From an uncultured Thermoleophilia bacterium (GTDB lineage Bacteria > Actinomycetota > Thermoleophilia > UBA2241): a stretch of DNA of 64,000 bases. The translations under genes and the position numbers were made by a program. Below the pieces are notes generated by a model that was not told the DNA's origin, did not search any database, and worked only from the letters and a program-made list of their open reading frames with translations. The stretch lies in NCBI GenBank assembly GCA_963702475.1, contig CAVPCT010000009.1:306008-370007 (forward strand), read 5' to 3'. Within the stretch, counting starts at the first letter, position 1. The number at the start of each line of letters is the position of its first letter. Positions 27,200-37,731 of this stretch are shown piece after piece.

Positions 27200-27579
27200 C
27201 GTCCACGGCTCGGCGCCCGAGAGGGTACCCGCCGCAGCCTGGGCTCCACGCGACACCACCCCTGCGCCGCCTGACGATGCGGGCCGCTGCGGCCGTCGTG
27301 CGTGGGATAACGCACGATAATCATCGTTATGTAAAGTAGCACCTCCGACGCCGGGGATCTCGGCCCGCCGGGGTTTCACGGCCAGGCACCGCCCCCCTCC
27401 CTCGGTCGGCGACGACTCTCTCGGGTGGCGTCCCCCGCGGCGCCGTGCATCGTCTGCGCTCAGGGACGCACTGCGCCCTTACGGACACGGCGCGCGCCGT
27501 CGCACGTCGCCGGCCGAGCCCCGCTCCGGCGTCGAGCCCCGCCAGGAGGCGTCAACCCGGTCCGCCGGCTGCCCGGCTA

Positions 27580-28192
27580 CCCGTCACCGGCAGACCGTTC
27601 GTCGACCTGCTGGCCGGGCTCCTCCTCGAGCCTCTGGGGATGGACTACAGCGATCCCGCCGTCACCCTGGAGTCCCGGACGACGGTGGCGCTGCCGCACC
27701 AGCGCATCTACGACGACCGTCCGACGCATCCCGGTCACCCGTGGATGGTCAGCCCGTGGTACGAGACGGCGACGGCGGACGGCAGCATCGTCTCCACGGC
27801 GGCCGACATGTGCGCCTATGCGCGACTCCTGCTCGGCCGTGGTGCGACACCGGCGGGACGGTTGTTCTCCCGGAAGAGCTGGGCGTTGCTCGTCCAGCGC
27901 GCCGTCGAAGACCCCGGTGAACCAGGCTCCTGGTGTGGGCCACTACCGTTCCTGGAACGTCTGGCTGCCCGACGTCCGCGTCTTCGCGCGCAAGGGCGCC
28001 CTCGTCCTCTCCAGCCCCTGTCTGGAGGCCCCGGCCGGCGAACTGGAGCTCGTAGAGCTGGGTCCCGGCCTCTTTCGTGTGGGCCTCGAGGACTGGCGCC
28101 TCGACCGTCTCCAGTTCGATGCCGCGATCGACGGGCAGGCCACGCGTGTGCGCTACAACCAGGCCGCCCTGTACCGGGCCTTCACGCCGTGA
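27580..28192 (+). pseudogene. Fragment of a serine hydrolase (beta-lactamase/AmpC-like family)
   Basis: VTGRPFVDLL...LEPLGM and ADGSIVSTAADMCAYARLLL motifs without the N-terminal SxxK region; frame switches near 27930 to a C-terminal domain (GHYRSWNVWLP...LYRAFTP). Confidence 0.7.
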
Positions 28193-28261
28193 CGCGACCG
28201 TCGAGGCGTGACTTCCCTGAGCTCCCAAGTCGGCCGCAGGCACGTCGCACGACAGTGCTAC

Positions 28262-28275
28262 CGAACACGTGTTCG
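28262..28275. promoter_or_regulatory. LexA (SOS) box, Gram-positive type
   Basis: Perfect palindrome CGAACACGTGTTCG matches CGAAC-N4-GTTCG. Confidence 0.55.
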
Positions 28276-28516
28276 TGCGGTCTTCCCCGCAGCCTTCGTC
28301 GTCGACCTCGGCCGGGGCAGCCGAGGTGTACCTGGGAGGCATCATCGATGCCGTAGGAGCCGCAGCCGTCCTCAAAGGCGATGGCGATGGTGCTTGTTGA
28401 TGGCGGTGAGCGTCGGCGTGGTGCAGCCGTCCTTGGAAAGCACGGTCAGCACGTGGACGTAGTCCGCCGGCACGGCGCCGCCAGAAGGAGCGCCGCCCTC
28501 GCGGGCGGCCCGGCGC

Positions 28517-29044
28517 TCAGTACGTGATCAGGCTGAAGACGTCGTAGCCTTCGAGCTTCCTGCGTCCGCCCAGGGCGCCGAGCTCGATGATGAAGGCGAC
28601 GCCGACGACCTTGCCGCCGAGCTTCTCGACCAGCTCGATCTTGGCCTTGGCCGTGCCACCAGTCGCCAGCAGGTCGTCGTGCACGAGGACGTTCTGACCC
28701 GGCTTGATGGCGTCGGCGTGCACCTCGAGCTTGTCGGTGCCGTACTCGAGGGCGTACTCGGCCGAGACGGTGTCGTGCGGCAACTTGCCCGGCTTGCGTG
28801 CACACACGAATCCGGCGCCGAGGCCGTAGGCCACCGCGGCGCCGAGGATGAACCCGCGCGCCTCGGCCCCCATCACCACGTCCACATGCCTGCCGACACC
28901 GTATTCCACCAGCCGGTCGACCGCCTCGTGGAGCGCCTTGGGCTCCTGCAGAAGCGGCATGATGTCGCGGAACAGGATGCCCTCCTTCGGGAAGTCGGGG
29001 ATGTCGCGCACGTGGGAGCTGAGGTCGAAGCCGAGGTCGGTCAT
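28517..29044 (-). CDS. apt: Adenine phosphoribosyltransferase
   Basis: IPDFPKEGILFRDI, EARGFI, RKPGKLP, YALEYG, HDDLLATGGT. Confidence 0.96.
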   Translation of the reverse strand: MTDLGFDLSSHVRDIPDFPKEGILFRDIMPLLQEPKALHEAVDRLVEYGVGRHVDVVMGAEARGFILGAAVAYGLGAGFVCARKPGKLPHDTVSAEYALEYGTDKLEVHADAIKPGQNVLVHDDLLATGGTAKAKIELVEKLGGKVVGVAFIIELGALGGRRKLEGYDVFSLITY

Positions 29045-29063
29045 GGAGTCTCCTTGAGGTGTG

Positions 29064-29795
29064 TCAGCGGCCGGAACGGCCCCCGCTGAGCCGCCGCACA
29101 CCGCGAGCGAGCAGCAGCTGGCGGAGCTGAGTCGTGGCCTGGACGATGTCGTCGAGCTGCTCCAGGCCTTCGCGCCGGCGGTCCTGCCGGGTGGAGCCGA
29201 GCGCCGGGAGCAGGACCTGCTCGATGAGACCGATCTCGCGATCGACCGCGCTCTTGACCACGCGCAGGTTCTTGGGGCGCAGCCCCAGCTGCGCGAGCTG
29301 CGCCGCGGCGCCGACGATGCCGGCGTCGGTCTCGGTGTAGCGGCGCACGCCGCTCACCTGGCGGGCGTGCACCAGCTCGAACTCCTCGAGCTCGGAGAGG
29401 AGTGCCGCGTCGGCGCCGGTCATGGCGTGGATCTCTTCGGCCGTGAACTCGCGCTCCTCCCCGCCGACCAGCAGGTCGACCTTGCGCAGGCTGGGCCGCG
29501 CGGACGGCAGCGGGTTGGCGGGGTTGCGCTCGAGCTCGCGGCGGATGACCTTGAGCGGCAGGTACTCGTCGCGCTGCATGGTGAGCACGCGCACCAGTCG
29601 CGTGAAGTCGTCTTGCGAGTACAGGCGATACCCTGCCTTGGTGCGGCGCGGCGTGACCAGTCCCTGCTCCTCGAGGTACCTGAGCTTGCTGACGCTGATG
29701 TCGGGGAACTCCCCGCGCAGGCGCTCGACGACCGAGCCGATGGTGAGGAGCTTCTCCTCCCCGACGTCGAACAGGAGCTCGGCCGGGTCGCTCAC
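29064..29795 (-). CDS. MerR-family transcriptional regulator (actinobacterial FtsR-like)
   Basis: LTIGSVVERLRGEFPDISVSKLRYLEEQGLVTPRRT..GYRLYS, QRDEYLPLKVIR. Confidence 0.9.
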   Translation of the reverse strand: MSDPAELLFDVGEEKLLTIGSVVERLRGEFPDISVSKLRYLEEQGLVTPRRTKAGYRLYSQDDFTRLVRVLTMQRDEYLPLKVIRRELERNPANPLPSARPSLRKVDLLVGGEEREFTAEEIHAMTGADAALLSELEEFELVHARQVSGVRRYTETDAGIVGAAAQLAQLGLRPKNLRVVKSAVDREIGLIEQVLLPALGSTRQDRRREGLEQLDDIVQATTQLRQLLLARGVRRLSGGRSGR

Positions 29796-30250
29796 GTGGG
29801 CACGATGAAGGTGAGCTTGTACTTGCCGATCTGGATCTCGTCGCCGTCGGCCAGCACCGTGCGGTCGCCGCGGCGGCGGTTCACGTACGTGCCGTTGAGG
29901 CTGCCCTCGTCGACGATGACCCACGACTCCCCCTCGCGCACGACGACGGCGTGGTTGCGGGACACCGTGACATCGTCGAGGAAGATGGCGGCGTCGGGGT
30001 GACGGCCGATGGCCACGCGGTCGGCGCGCAGCGCGTATGTCTCGCCGGCGCGGCCGCCGCCGCTGCGGATGACCAGGCAGGCGTCGTCGCCGGCCACGCA
30101 GGCGAGGGGATTGGCCTCGCCGTCCTCCTCCCCAGGCACGAAGCTCAGGGTGGTGGCGGACTCGGGCTGGTCGGCGATGAGGCTGACGCCGCAGCGGACG
30201 CAGAAACTGGCTCCCTCCGAGTTGCGGATGCCGCACTCCGGACAGAACAC
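29792..30250 (-). CDS. Zinc-ribbon + FHA domain protein (GarA/OdhI-like)
   Basis: CPECG...FCVRCG; IGRHPD..IFLDDVTVSRNHA, GSLNGTYVN, GDEIQIGKYKL. Confidence 0.92.
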   Translation of the reverse strand: MFCPECGIRNSEGASFCVRCGVSLIADQPESATTLSFVPGEEDGEANPLACVAGDDACLVIRSGGGRAGETYALRADRVAIGRHPDAAIFLDDVTVSRNHAVVVREGESWVIVDEGSLNGTYVNRRRGDRTVLADGDEIQIGKYKLTFIVPT

Positions 30251-30251
30251 G

Positions 30252-30524
30252 TCACACGTCTCCCGGGTCCTCCGGGTCGGCAGGGCCCGGGCCCTGGCCG
30301 GCCAGGATACGCGACAGACGCTCGACGTCCACCTCGGTGATGATCGGCGCTCCTTCGTTGTGCTTGCGCTGCAGACGGAGCACCAGCTCCGCGCGCAGGA
30401 TGTCGAGCTTGCCGTGCAGGATGCGGCGGCGGCGAGAGATCTCGCGCTCCTCCGTCTCGAGCTCGGCAACCAGGGCGCGCAACTCCTCGTCGGAACGCGA
30501 GACAAGGTCGACGATGTCGTCCAT
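30252..30524 (-). CDS. rsiG: Single-motif RsiG-like c-di-GMP-binding anti-sigma factor
   Basis: EEREISRRRRILHGKLDILRAEL fits E(x)3S(x)2R(x)3[Q/H](x)3D, present once in a 90-aa protein. Confidence 0.75.
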   Translation of the reverse strand: MDDIVDLVSRSDEELRALVAELETEEREISRRRRILHGKLDILRAELVLRLQRKHNEGAPIITEVDVERLSRILAGQGPGPADPEDPGDV

Positions 30525-30580
30525 GGAGCTTCTCCTCGTGATGCGTGGAGGGCTGAACGCCGATGCTACCTGACCGACCC

Positions 30581-31171
30581 TCAACGTTCAAGCTCAGGTT
30601 GAGGCAACGGCGGCGAGGTCTCGTCCTCGGCGGCTACTTCGACGCGCACGACGCCGCGTTCCTCGAGTGCGGCGATGGCCTCAAGGGCGTCGTATTCGTC
30701 CGCGTGCGCGCCCAGCAGCAGTCCGTGGACCACATCGCCGAGCCGGCGCGCGCCGGGGCCCAGGTAGCCGAGGACGCGCGCCTCGAGCGGGTCGCGCGGC
30801 GCGCCGGTGACCAGTCGGATCCTGGACGGCGCCGGCAGGCGCTTGCGCAGCCGTCTGGTCTCGTCCAGCCGGCGCATGCCCTCCATGAGCAGCGTCTCAA
30901 CGGCCAGACTGGCACCCTCGGCCTCGTCGAGGGACGGGTCTTTCTCGAAGCAGAAGGACCCGTCACGCTGCGCCAGCAGGGCGTAGAACGACTTTTCGGG
31001 CGAGAGCGACCCGCAGCGGGCGCCCACGATGCTCCCCCTGCGGAACTGGAGCTCGCCCTTCTCGTCTCCCTGCTCCGTGTACACGGTCAGGCGGCCCGTC
31101 TTTCGCCCCACGGACGTCATCTGCACGAGGTCCGAGAACGGAAGCTCATCGAGACCTCCGGTCAAGCCCAC
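30581..31171 (-). CDS. DUF4388 (PatA_N-like) domain protein
   Basis: GLTGGLDELPFSDLVQM....KTGRL, GELQFRRGSIVGA, GSFCF, LLMEGMRRLDE. Confidence 0.85.
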   Translation of the reverse strand: MGLTGGLDELPFSDLVQMTSVGRKTGRLTVYTEQGDEKGELQFRRGSIVGARCGSLSPEKSFYALLAQRDGSFCFEKDPSLDEAEGASLAVETLLMEGMRRLDETRRLRKRLPAPSRIRLVTGAPRDPLEARVLGYLGPGARRLGDVVHGLLLGAHADEYDALEAIAALEERGVVRVEVAAEDETSPPLPQPELER

Positions 31172-31363
31172 GTCTCCGTCTCCCTTGCTCGCCGCCGTGC
31201 GCAGAAGGCGGACACGGCTTCGCTTCTCCATCCTGCCTCTCGTCATCGGCCACTCATGCCGAGAGCATGAGACGACGATACAGGGGCCACGACGGCGAGG
31301 TATATACTTCGCTCGCCGTGGGCCGCAATGGCCCGTGGGTCGGGGGGACGGGAGGAGCGCAGG

Positions 31364-31849
31364 GTGGCGCGACGCAAGGGACTGGTCATCAACGACAGGC
31401 AGCTCGACCGCTGCGACGACCTTCTCGCAAAGCTGAAGGAGGTGTCCGGATCGAGCTTCCTCGCGCTCATCAGCACCTCGGGCCAGCCCATCACCACGGC
31501 GTCGGACGCGTACCACCCGGAGACCCTCTCTCTCGCCTCGCTCGCCGCGAGCTCGTTCGCCGCCACACAACAGCTCGCCAAGATCCTCGACGAGAACGAG
31601 TTCACGCTGCTGTTCCACGAGGGCAAAGGCCTGAACCTGCACGTCTCGCAGGTCACGGACCAGGTGCTCCTCATCGTCACCTTCGGACGCGACACGCAGG
31701 TGGGCAAGGTCCGCCTGTACACTCAGCGCGCCATCGAGTCCCTCCGCCAGATCTTCGAGGGGCCGGACGAGGAATCGACGCAGGTCATGGACGCGGACTT
31801 CGAGACGGCCGCCGGCGACGCGATGGACGACCTCTTCAAGGACCTGTGA
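31364..31849 (+). CDS. mglB: Roadblock/LC7 protein, MglB-type GAP
   Basis: LISTSGQPI, SLASLAASSFAATQQLAKIL.E.EF.LLFHEG, TQVGKVRL; directly upstream of mglA. Confidence 0.85.
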   Translation: MARRKGLVINDRQLDRCDDLLAKLKEVSGSSFLALISTSGQPITTASDAYHPETLSLASLAASSFAATQQLAKILDENEFTLLFHEGKGLNLHVSQVTDQVLLIVTFGRDTQVGKVRLYTQRAIESLRQIFEGPDEESTQVMDADFETAAGDAMDDLFKDL

Positions 31850-31859
31850 GGATTCACCG

Positions 31860-32438
31860 ATGCCGCTGATCAACTTCGCCGCACGCGAGATCAACTACAA
31901 GATCGTGTACTACGGCTGCGGACTGTGCGGGAAGACCACCAACCTCCAGTACATCCACCGCAAGATCAACCCGGATGCCCGCGGCAAGCTCGTCAGCATC
32001 GCCACCGAAGAGGAGCGCACGCTGTACTTCGACTTCATGCCGCTGACGCTCGGGACTGTGAAGGGCATGCAGACGAGGTTCCACCTCTACACGGTGCCGG
32101 GACAGAGCTACTACAACGCCAGCCGCAAGCTGGTGCTCCAGGGCGTGGACGGCGTGATCTTCGTGGCCGACTCCCAGATCACGCGCCTCGACGAGAACGT
32201 GGAGAGCTACCTGAACCTCTGGGACAACCTGCTCAGCCAGGGCGACGACCTCACCAAGCTCGGCTTCGTCATCCAGATGAACAAGCGCGACCTCACCGAC
32301 ATCTTCTCGGTGAGCGACCTCAACGAGCTGCTCAACCACACCCAGTCGCCGGTGATCGAGAGCAGCGCCGTATCGGGCGGCGGCGTGTTCGAGACGCTCA
32401 AGACCGTCTGCAAGCAGGTCATCGCCAAGACGGGGTGA
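31860..32438 (+). CDS. mglA: MglA-family small GTPase
   Basis: KIVYYGCGLCGKTTNLQYI, ERTLYFDF, LYTVPGQ, DGVIFVADS, NKRDL. Confidence 0.92.
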   Translation: MPLINFAAREINYKIVYYGCGLCGKTTNLQYIHRKINPDARGKLVSIATEEERTLYFDFMPLTLGTVKGMQTRFHLYTVPGQSYYNASRKLVLQGVDGVIFVADSQITRLDENVESYLNLWDNLLSQGDDLTKLGFVIQMNKRDLTDIFSVSDLNELLNHTQSPVIESSAVSGGGVFETLKTVCKQVIAKTG

Positions 32439-32450
32439 GCCGGCGGCGGC

Positions 32451-34319
32451 TCAGGTCCCGACGCGTTTGACCCAGTCGAGCGGTTCGTAGCGCGAGACGA
32501 AGGTGTCCTTGAACAGGACCTTGCCGGCCGTGTCGCGCACGGTGCGCACGACGCGCACGCTTCGTCCGTCGATGCCCTGCTCCCAGCGGACGACCCCGGG
32601 ACCAAGGTCGGAATCGTAGATGAGGCGCGGGTGGCTCTTGCCGTACGACGGCTTGCGCACGTCGTAGAACCCGCTGGTCTCGAAGCTGGCCTCCCTCCCC
32701 GTCTTGCCGACGATGGCCACGGTGAGGTGGTCACCCTCCACCCAGCTGCGGATCATGAGCGGCTTGCCCGTGTCGTTGCGGAACTTGAGGTCGGCGCTGC
32801 CCCAGGACACGGTGGCGTCGCGGCCGATCGGGTAGTGCGAGATGTACAGGGAGTGCGCCTCGCGCTCCACGATGGGCAGGCCCGCGACCAAGGCCGCGTT
32901 GAACAGCGTGGTCGCGTACTGGCAGATGCCCCCGCCGACGCCCTGGCGCAGGACCATGTCGGAGGCGATGACGGGGGCGTAGTCGAAACCGCGGTTGGTG
33001 GTGCGCGGCCCCATCGTCCCGTTGAGGGAGAAGACGTCTCCGGGCTGGATCACAGTGCCGTCGACGAGCTTGGCGGCGCGCCCTATGTTGGTGGCGCGCG
33101 CCGTGTTGCGAGGGTCGAAGTACGTCACGAATTGCGACCCGAGCGACGCCAGGCCCATGGTCTGCACGTCCTCCGTGCTCAGCTTGGGCCAGGCGCTCGT
33201 GAGCGCGACGAACACCGTGCGCAGACCGCCGCTCGTGGCCGCGTCGTCGAGGTCCTCGAGCAGCACGTCCATGTCCAGGACCATGCCCTCGCGGCTGGGC
33301 TCCACAGTGATCCAGCCCTCGTCGTGCACGACGATGCGGGCGTCGCGCGCCGGCGTCTCCGCGAAGCTGAACAAGCGGTGGAGCACGGCCCTGGCCTCGG
33401 CGTTGCGGAAGGTGAGCGGGTACTCGTCGGCGGAGGACCCCTTGTTGACGCTGAGCATCCCGGCCATGAGCGCCGGCGTGAGGACGACCTCCCGGTCGCG
33501 GTAGCGCAAGGTGATGGGCCGCGACAGGTACAGGTCCGCGGCCCCTGCCCGGGAGCGCGCTTCGGCCGTGCTCACCTGCGGCGCCACGGCCTTCATCGGC
33601 ACGGCTCCGGCGTACGCCTTGCCGGCGGAGACTGCCGCGGTGACGGCGCGGGCCAGGGCGGAGACGTCGACGCCGGAGCCGTCTCTGGAAGGCGCGACGC
33701 CCACCGTGCCGCCGCCGATCTTGAGGCGCGCGTCGCGCGGCGGCACGTCGACCTCCGCGGCGACACCTTCGAGCCCCTGCGTGAAGCCCGCCGCGTCGAC
33801 GCGCACGACGGGTGCCACGTCTCCCCCGCTCCCGGGCAGCCAGACGTCGCCGACGAGCGGGACGTCGTGCCGCCCGGAGGCCAGCGCAGCGTCTGCGGTC
33901 GCCGCGAGGTCGACGCTCACGCCCAGCTGCGACAGCGGCAAGAAGAAGCGCTCGCCCGACGGCGCGATGAGCGTGACGGTCTGCACGCGGGGGACGACCT
34001 CGCGCGCGAGCACGGAGTGCACCTGCGCGCGCGTGAGCCCCTGTACTGGCACACCGGCGACGGTGACGCCGTCGCCGGCGCGGCCGGCCACGGCGAGTTG
34101 CATGATGAGGAAGCCGGCGGCGAGGACGAGGAGGACGGCGACCGACGTCGCCGCCCACACGTGTCGCCGGTACCACGCCCCGAAGGCGCGCAGGCGACCG
34201 CCGCGCAGAGCCCCGGCGCAGCTCTCCCGCGCCCCGAGGACCGCGGCCGTACCCGACGGCGGCTCCGTTTCGACGGCCGCCGTCACGTTCGAGCGCTGAC
34301 TCATCATGCCGTCACCCAT
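32451..34319 (-). CDS. VanW-family protein with peptidoglycan-binding domain
   Basis: N-terminal TM; R.TNI..AA..VDGTVI.PG.VFSLN, GGGICQ..TTLFNA, HSLYISHYP.GRDATV, DLKFRNDT. Confidence 0.9.
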   Translation of the reverse strand: MGDGMMSQRSNVTAAVETEPPSGTAAVLGARESCAGALRGGRLRAFGAWYRRHVWAATSVAVLLVLAAGFLIMQLAVAGRAGDGVTVAGVPVQGLTRAQVHSVLAREVVPRVQTVTLIAPSGERFFLPLSQLGVSVDLAATADAALASGRHDVPLVGDVWLPGSGGDVAPVVRVDAAGFTQGLEGVAAEVDVPPRDARLKIGGGTVGVAPSRDGSGVDVSALARAVTAAVSAGKAYAGAVPMKAVAPQVSTAEARSRAGAADLYLSRPITLRYRDREVVLTPALMAGMLSVNKGSSADEYPLTFRNAEARAVLHRLFSFAETPARDARIVVHDEGWITVEPSREGMVLDMDVLLEDLDDAATSGGLRTVFVALTSAWPKLSTEDVQTMGLASLGSQFVTYFDPRNTARATNIGRAAKLVDGTVIQPGDVFSLNGTMGPRTTNRGFDYAPVIASDMVLRQGVGGGICQYATTLFNAALVAGLPIVEREAHSLYISHYPIGRDATVSWGSADLKFRNDTGKPLMIRSWVEGDHLTVAIVGKTGREASFETSGFYDVRKPSYGKSHPRLIYDSDLGPGVVRWEQGIDGRSVRVVRTVRDTAGKVLFKDTFVSRYEPLDWVKRVGT

Positions 34320-34425
34320 ACGAGCATTGTACGGCAGGGGTTCGCGGCGCTCTTCCCGCGTCCTGCGCGGCAACGCCGGCCGACCCGGCGCAGGCGGCGT
34401 CGCCGTCGGGGTCGCGGCGGTCGCG

Positions 34426-36948
34426 CTACCCGTTCTCGCGGATCACGCCGCGCACGATCTCGAGCAGCTGCTCAGCCAGACGCTCGGACGCCATGCGGTT
34501 GCGGCCCTCAGCGTACACGTGGAACACGGGCTCGTCGGCGTCGGGCAGCAGCTGCACCCAGCCGCCCTCGCTGTGCACCTGGATGCCGTCCACGAGGCTG
34601 ATCTCGTCGCCGTCCGCGGCCGTGCGCTGCAGGTGCTCGGTGGCGGTGCGCATGACCGTGCCCTTGAGGGTCCACGGGCACGCCACCGTCTTGTGCACGA
34701 GCGTGCTGGCCGGGATCTGCGCCAGCTGCTCGCTGAGCGGGAGCGCCTGTGGGGCGAGCAGCTCGAGGAGCTTGCCGAGGCTCATGACGGCGTCGTACGC
34801 CGGCACCATCTCGGGGAAGATGTACCCCCCTCCCAGGGTGCCGGCGAACACGACGCCGTCGGCCAGCGAGGCCTTGGCCAGCTCCGGCAACGACACCTTG
34901 GTGCGGTCGATCTCCACATCGAACTCGCCGGCCAGGCTCTCGGCGAGACGCGTCACGGTGAGCGGCAGCACGATCCTGTCGCCACGTCCGGCGTTCTGTG
35001 CGACGAGCTTGACCAGGAGCAGCAGGGCCTTCTCGAGCGGGACCTCGTGCCCCTGGTCGTCGACCAGGAAGATGCGCTCGGCGCCGGGGCCGATGACCAC
35101 GCCCAGGTCGGCCTCCATCGTGGTGACCAGACGCTGGACCTCCTGGATGTTGCGGCCCAGCTCTTCGGCGCTGATACTGGCGTGCCGCTTGTCGCTGAAG
35201 GCGCGCATGCTGAGCACCTCGGCCTCCAGGTCGCCGAGGATGCTGGGCAGCGCCAGGGACGCCGGTGAGTACGAGTAGTCGATCACCAGCCGGTACGCGC
35301 GGCTGCGGATGCGCTCGATGTCCCAGGCGGTGTGCAGGGCCCGCACGTAGGTCTCCATGGCCCTGTCGGGGAACTCGAGCTCGCCGAACTCGCTGTAGAA
35401 CGCCCGCCGGAAGTCGCGACGGCCGTAGTACTTCTCGATGTCCTTCTGGCGCTTCTCGCTCAGGCTGATGCCCGGCGGCTCGAACACCTGGATCTGGATC
35501 ATCTCGGGGTCCCAGCTGGAGATGCGCACGTGCATCCCGCCCTGGGACGCCCCGCTCTTGACCTCGAAGCGATTCACCGCGCTGCTGGCGACGCGCAGGT
35601 CGCGGACCACGACGCCGGTGGAGCTGAGGCCGCAGATGAGAGCGCGCTTGATGACCCGCGACGCCGGATGGGCGTCGCGGCTCGTGGTCACTCGCGCGCC
35701 CTTCTTGAGCACGGTGCCGTACGCCATGGCCACGTTGAGGGCCAGCTCCGCCGTGATGTCGACGTTGATGAGGCCGACGATGCCGTCGCGCCCGAACAGC
35801 TGCGCGCTCCCGCGCGACTCCCAGATGATGCTGGAGTGGACCTGGGCGCCCGCCTCGACCGTCTTGTACGGGTAGATCTTGACGTCCGGGGCCACGTAGG
35901 CCTGCTCGCCGATGACACTCTCGTCGCCGATCGCCACGCCCTCGCTGAACGTGGCGCCGGCCTTGACGTCGCAGTTGCGGCCGAGGATCGTCCCGTAGAC
36001 CTTGGCCGAGGAGCCGATGTAGGTGTTGGACCCGACGACGCTGTTGCGCACGTCCGCATGGTCCTTGACCACCACGTTGTTGCCCAGGACCGTGTAGCGC
36101 CCGATGTTGGCCGTCGGCGCGATCTTGGCGTAGTTGCCGATATAGGCCGGGCCCGTGATGTTCTCGAGCGAGTCGAGGTTGATGCTCTCGCCGACGAAGA
36201 TGCGGTCGTGCAACTCGATGCCGGGGATCTCGGCAGTGAGCTTGCCGTCGAGCAGGTCGCGATTGGCGGCCAGATACTGCGGCAGGCTGCCGATGTCCTG
36301 CCAGTACCCATCGGCGACGTACCCGTAGAGGGGCGCGCCCATGGCGAACAGTTTGGGGAACAGGTCCTGGCTGAAGTCGAACGGGCCGTCGGCGGGGATG
36401 TGGTCGAAGACCTCCGGCTCGAGGATGTAGATGCCGGTGTTGACGGTGTCGCTGAAGACCTGGCCCCAGGTGGGCTTCTCGAGGAAGCGCTCGATCCCGC
36501 CTTCTTCGTTGACGACGACGACACCGAACTCGAGGGGGTTCTCCACGCGTTTGAGAGCGATGGTGACCATGGCGCCGCGCTGCCTGTGGAACGCCAGGAT
36601 CCCGCCGAGGTCGAAGTCGGTGAGGGCGTCGCCGCTGATGACGATGAAGGTGTCGTCGCGCAGGGCGTCCTCGGCCAGCTTGACGCTCCCGGCGGTGCCG
36701 GCCGGGGACTGCTCCACCGAGTACTGCATGCCCATGCCGAGGGCCGAACCGTCACCGAAGTAGTCGCGGATGGCCTTGGGCAGGAACATCAGAGTGACGA
36801 CGGTCTCGTCGATACCGTGGCGGCGCAGCAGCTCGAGGATGTACTCCATGCACGGCTTGCCGCAGAGCGAGACCATAGGCTTGGGCTGGTTGCTGGTCAG
36901 CGGCCGCAGGCGGGTGCCCTCGCCGCCGGCCATGACGACTGCACGCAC
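34426..36948 (-). CDS. Mannose-1-phosphate guanylyltransferase / phosphomannomutase-like fusion
   Basis: [16 protein letters not shown]...PKPM NTP-transferase, hexapeptide repeats, LFGRDG phosphohexomutase domain. Confidence 0.92.
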   Translation of the reverse strand: MRAVVMAGGEGTRLRPLTSNQPKPMVSLCGKPCMEYILELLRRHGIDETVVTLMFLPKAIRDYFGDGSALGMGMQYSVEQSPAGTAGSVKLAEDALRDDTFIVISGDALTDFDLGGILAFHRQRGAMVTIALKRVENPLEFGVVVVNEEGGIERFLEKPTWGQVFSDTVNTGIYILEPEVFDHIPADGPFDFSQDLFPKLFAMGAPLYGYVADGYWQDIGSLPQYLAANRDLLDGKLTAEIPGIELHDRIFVGESINLDSLENITGPAYIGNYAKIAPTANIGRYTVLGNNVVVKDHADVRNSVVGSNTYIGSSAKVYGTILGRNCDVKAGATFSEGVAIGDESVIGEQAYVAPDVKIYPYKTVEAGAQVHSSIIWESRGSAQLFGRDGIVGLINVDITAELALNVAMAYGTVLKKGARVTTSRDAHPASRVIKRALICGLSSTGVVVRDLRVASSAVNRFEVKSGASQGGMHVRISSWDPEMIQIQVFEPPGISLSEKRQKDIEKYYGRRDFRRAFYSEFGELEFPDRAMETYVRALHTAWDIERIRSRAYRLVIDYSYSPASLALPSILGDLEAEVLSMRAFSDKRHASISAEELGRNIQEVQRLVTTMEADLGVVIGPGAERIFLVDDQGHEVPLEKALLLLVKLVAQNAGRGDRIVLPLTVTRLAESLAGEFDVEIDRTKVSLPELAKASLADGVVFAGTLGGGYIFPEMVPAYDAVMSLGKLLELLAPQALPLSEQLAQIPASTLVHKTVACPWTLKGTVMRTATEHLQRTAADGDEISLVDGIQVHSEGGWVQLLPDADEPVFHVYAEGRNRMASERLAEQLLEIVRGVIRENG

Positions 36949-37006
36949 GTGCCTCACCTGTTCTTTCGCCCCAGGGGATCGGTGGGTTGCTGCTGCCGGA
37001 ATCCTA

Positions 37007-37570
37007 TCAGAGGGCCCGCGGCCGGGCCCGGCCGCGGGCGCTCATGACCCAGACGATCGCCCGATACCCATAGAGCAGGCCGGCGGCCACGTACAGGGTG
37101 GCGCCGACGGCCCAGAAAGCCCAGCCGACCGCGCGTACGTCGATGATGAACCACTGGATGGCACAGATGAGGATGAAGTTGCTGGCCTTGCCCCAACGGC
37201 TGATCTGCGGACCCTGGTCGGTGTAGCGCCGCATCGGCACCGCGAGCGCCAGGATGACGCCGTCGCGGATCAGGAGCGGCAGCACGGCCCACCAGGGGAG
37301 CGTGTCGAAGTACCACAGCATGGCGACGAGCGCGAAAAAGAAGACGCGGTCGACGATGGGGTCGACCCAGCGGCCGAACTCACTCTGCACGTCATACCGG
37401 CGGGCGATGAGGCCGTCGGCCACGTCGCTCAGCGCCGCGAACAGGACGATCCATGCCGTCGTCCAGGCGGCGTGCTCATGATAGAGCGCGTAGGTCCAGA
37501 CGACGAAGGGCAGGGACGCGGCGCGGGCCACCGTGAGGATGTTGGGCAGGTGGCGGACGACGCGGGACAT
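37007..37570 (-). CDS. CDP-alcohol phosphatidyltransferase (PgsA-like)
   Basis: [17 protein letters not shown]...[13 protein letters not shown]. Confidence 0.92.
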   Translation of the reverse strand: MSRVVRHLPNILTVARAASLPFVVWTYALYHEHAAWTTAWIVLFAALSDVADGLIARRYDVQSEFGRWVDPIVDRVFFFALVAMLWYFDTLPWWAVLPLLIRDGVILALAVPMRRYTDQGPQISRWGKASNFILICAIQWFIIDVRAVGWAFWAVGATLYVAAGLLYGYRAIVWVMSARGRARPRAL

Positions 37571-37731
37571 GCGTCGGAGTGTACCAGCCGGTCGGCCTCG
37601 CTTCGCGCCGGTGCGCGCTGACGTCCATCACGCCCCCATTCAGGCCTATACTTGCGATTGCCGGACCTGGTCGCGCACCAGCCCACATCCCGGCACACTT
37701 GGGTGCCGGGGCCGACTGAGGGGGGCGTCAC

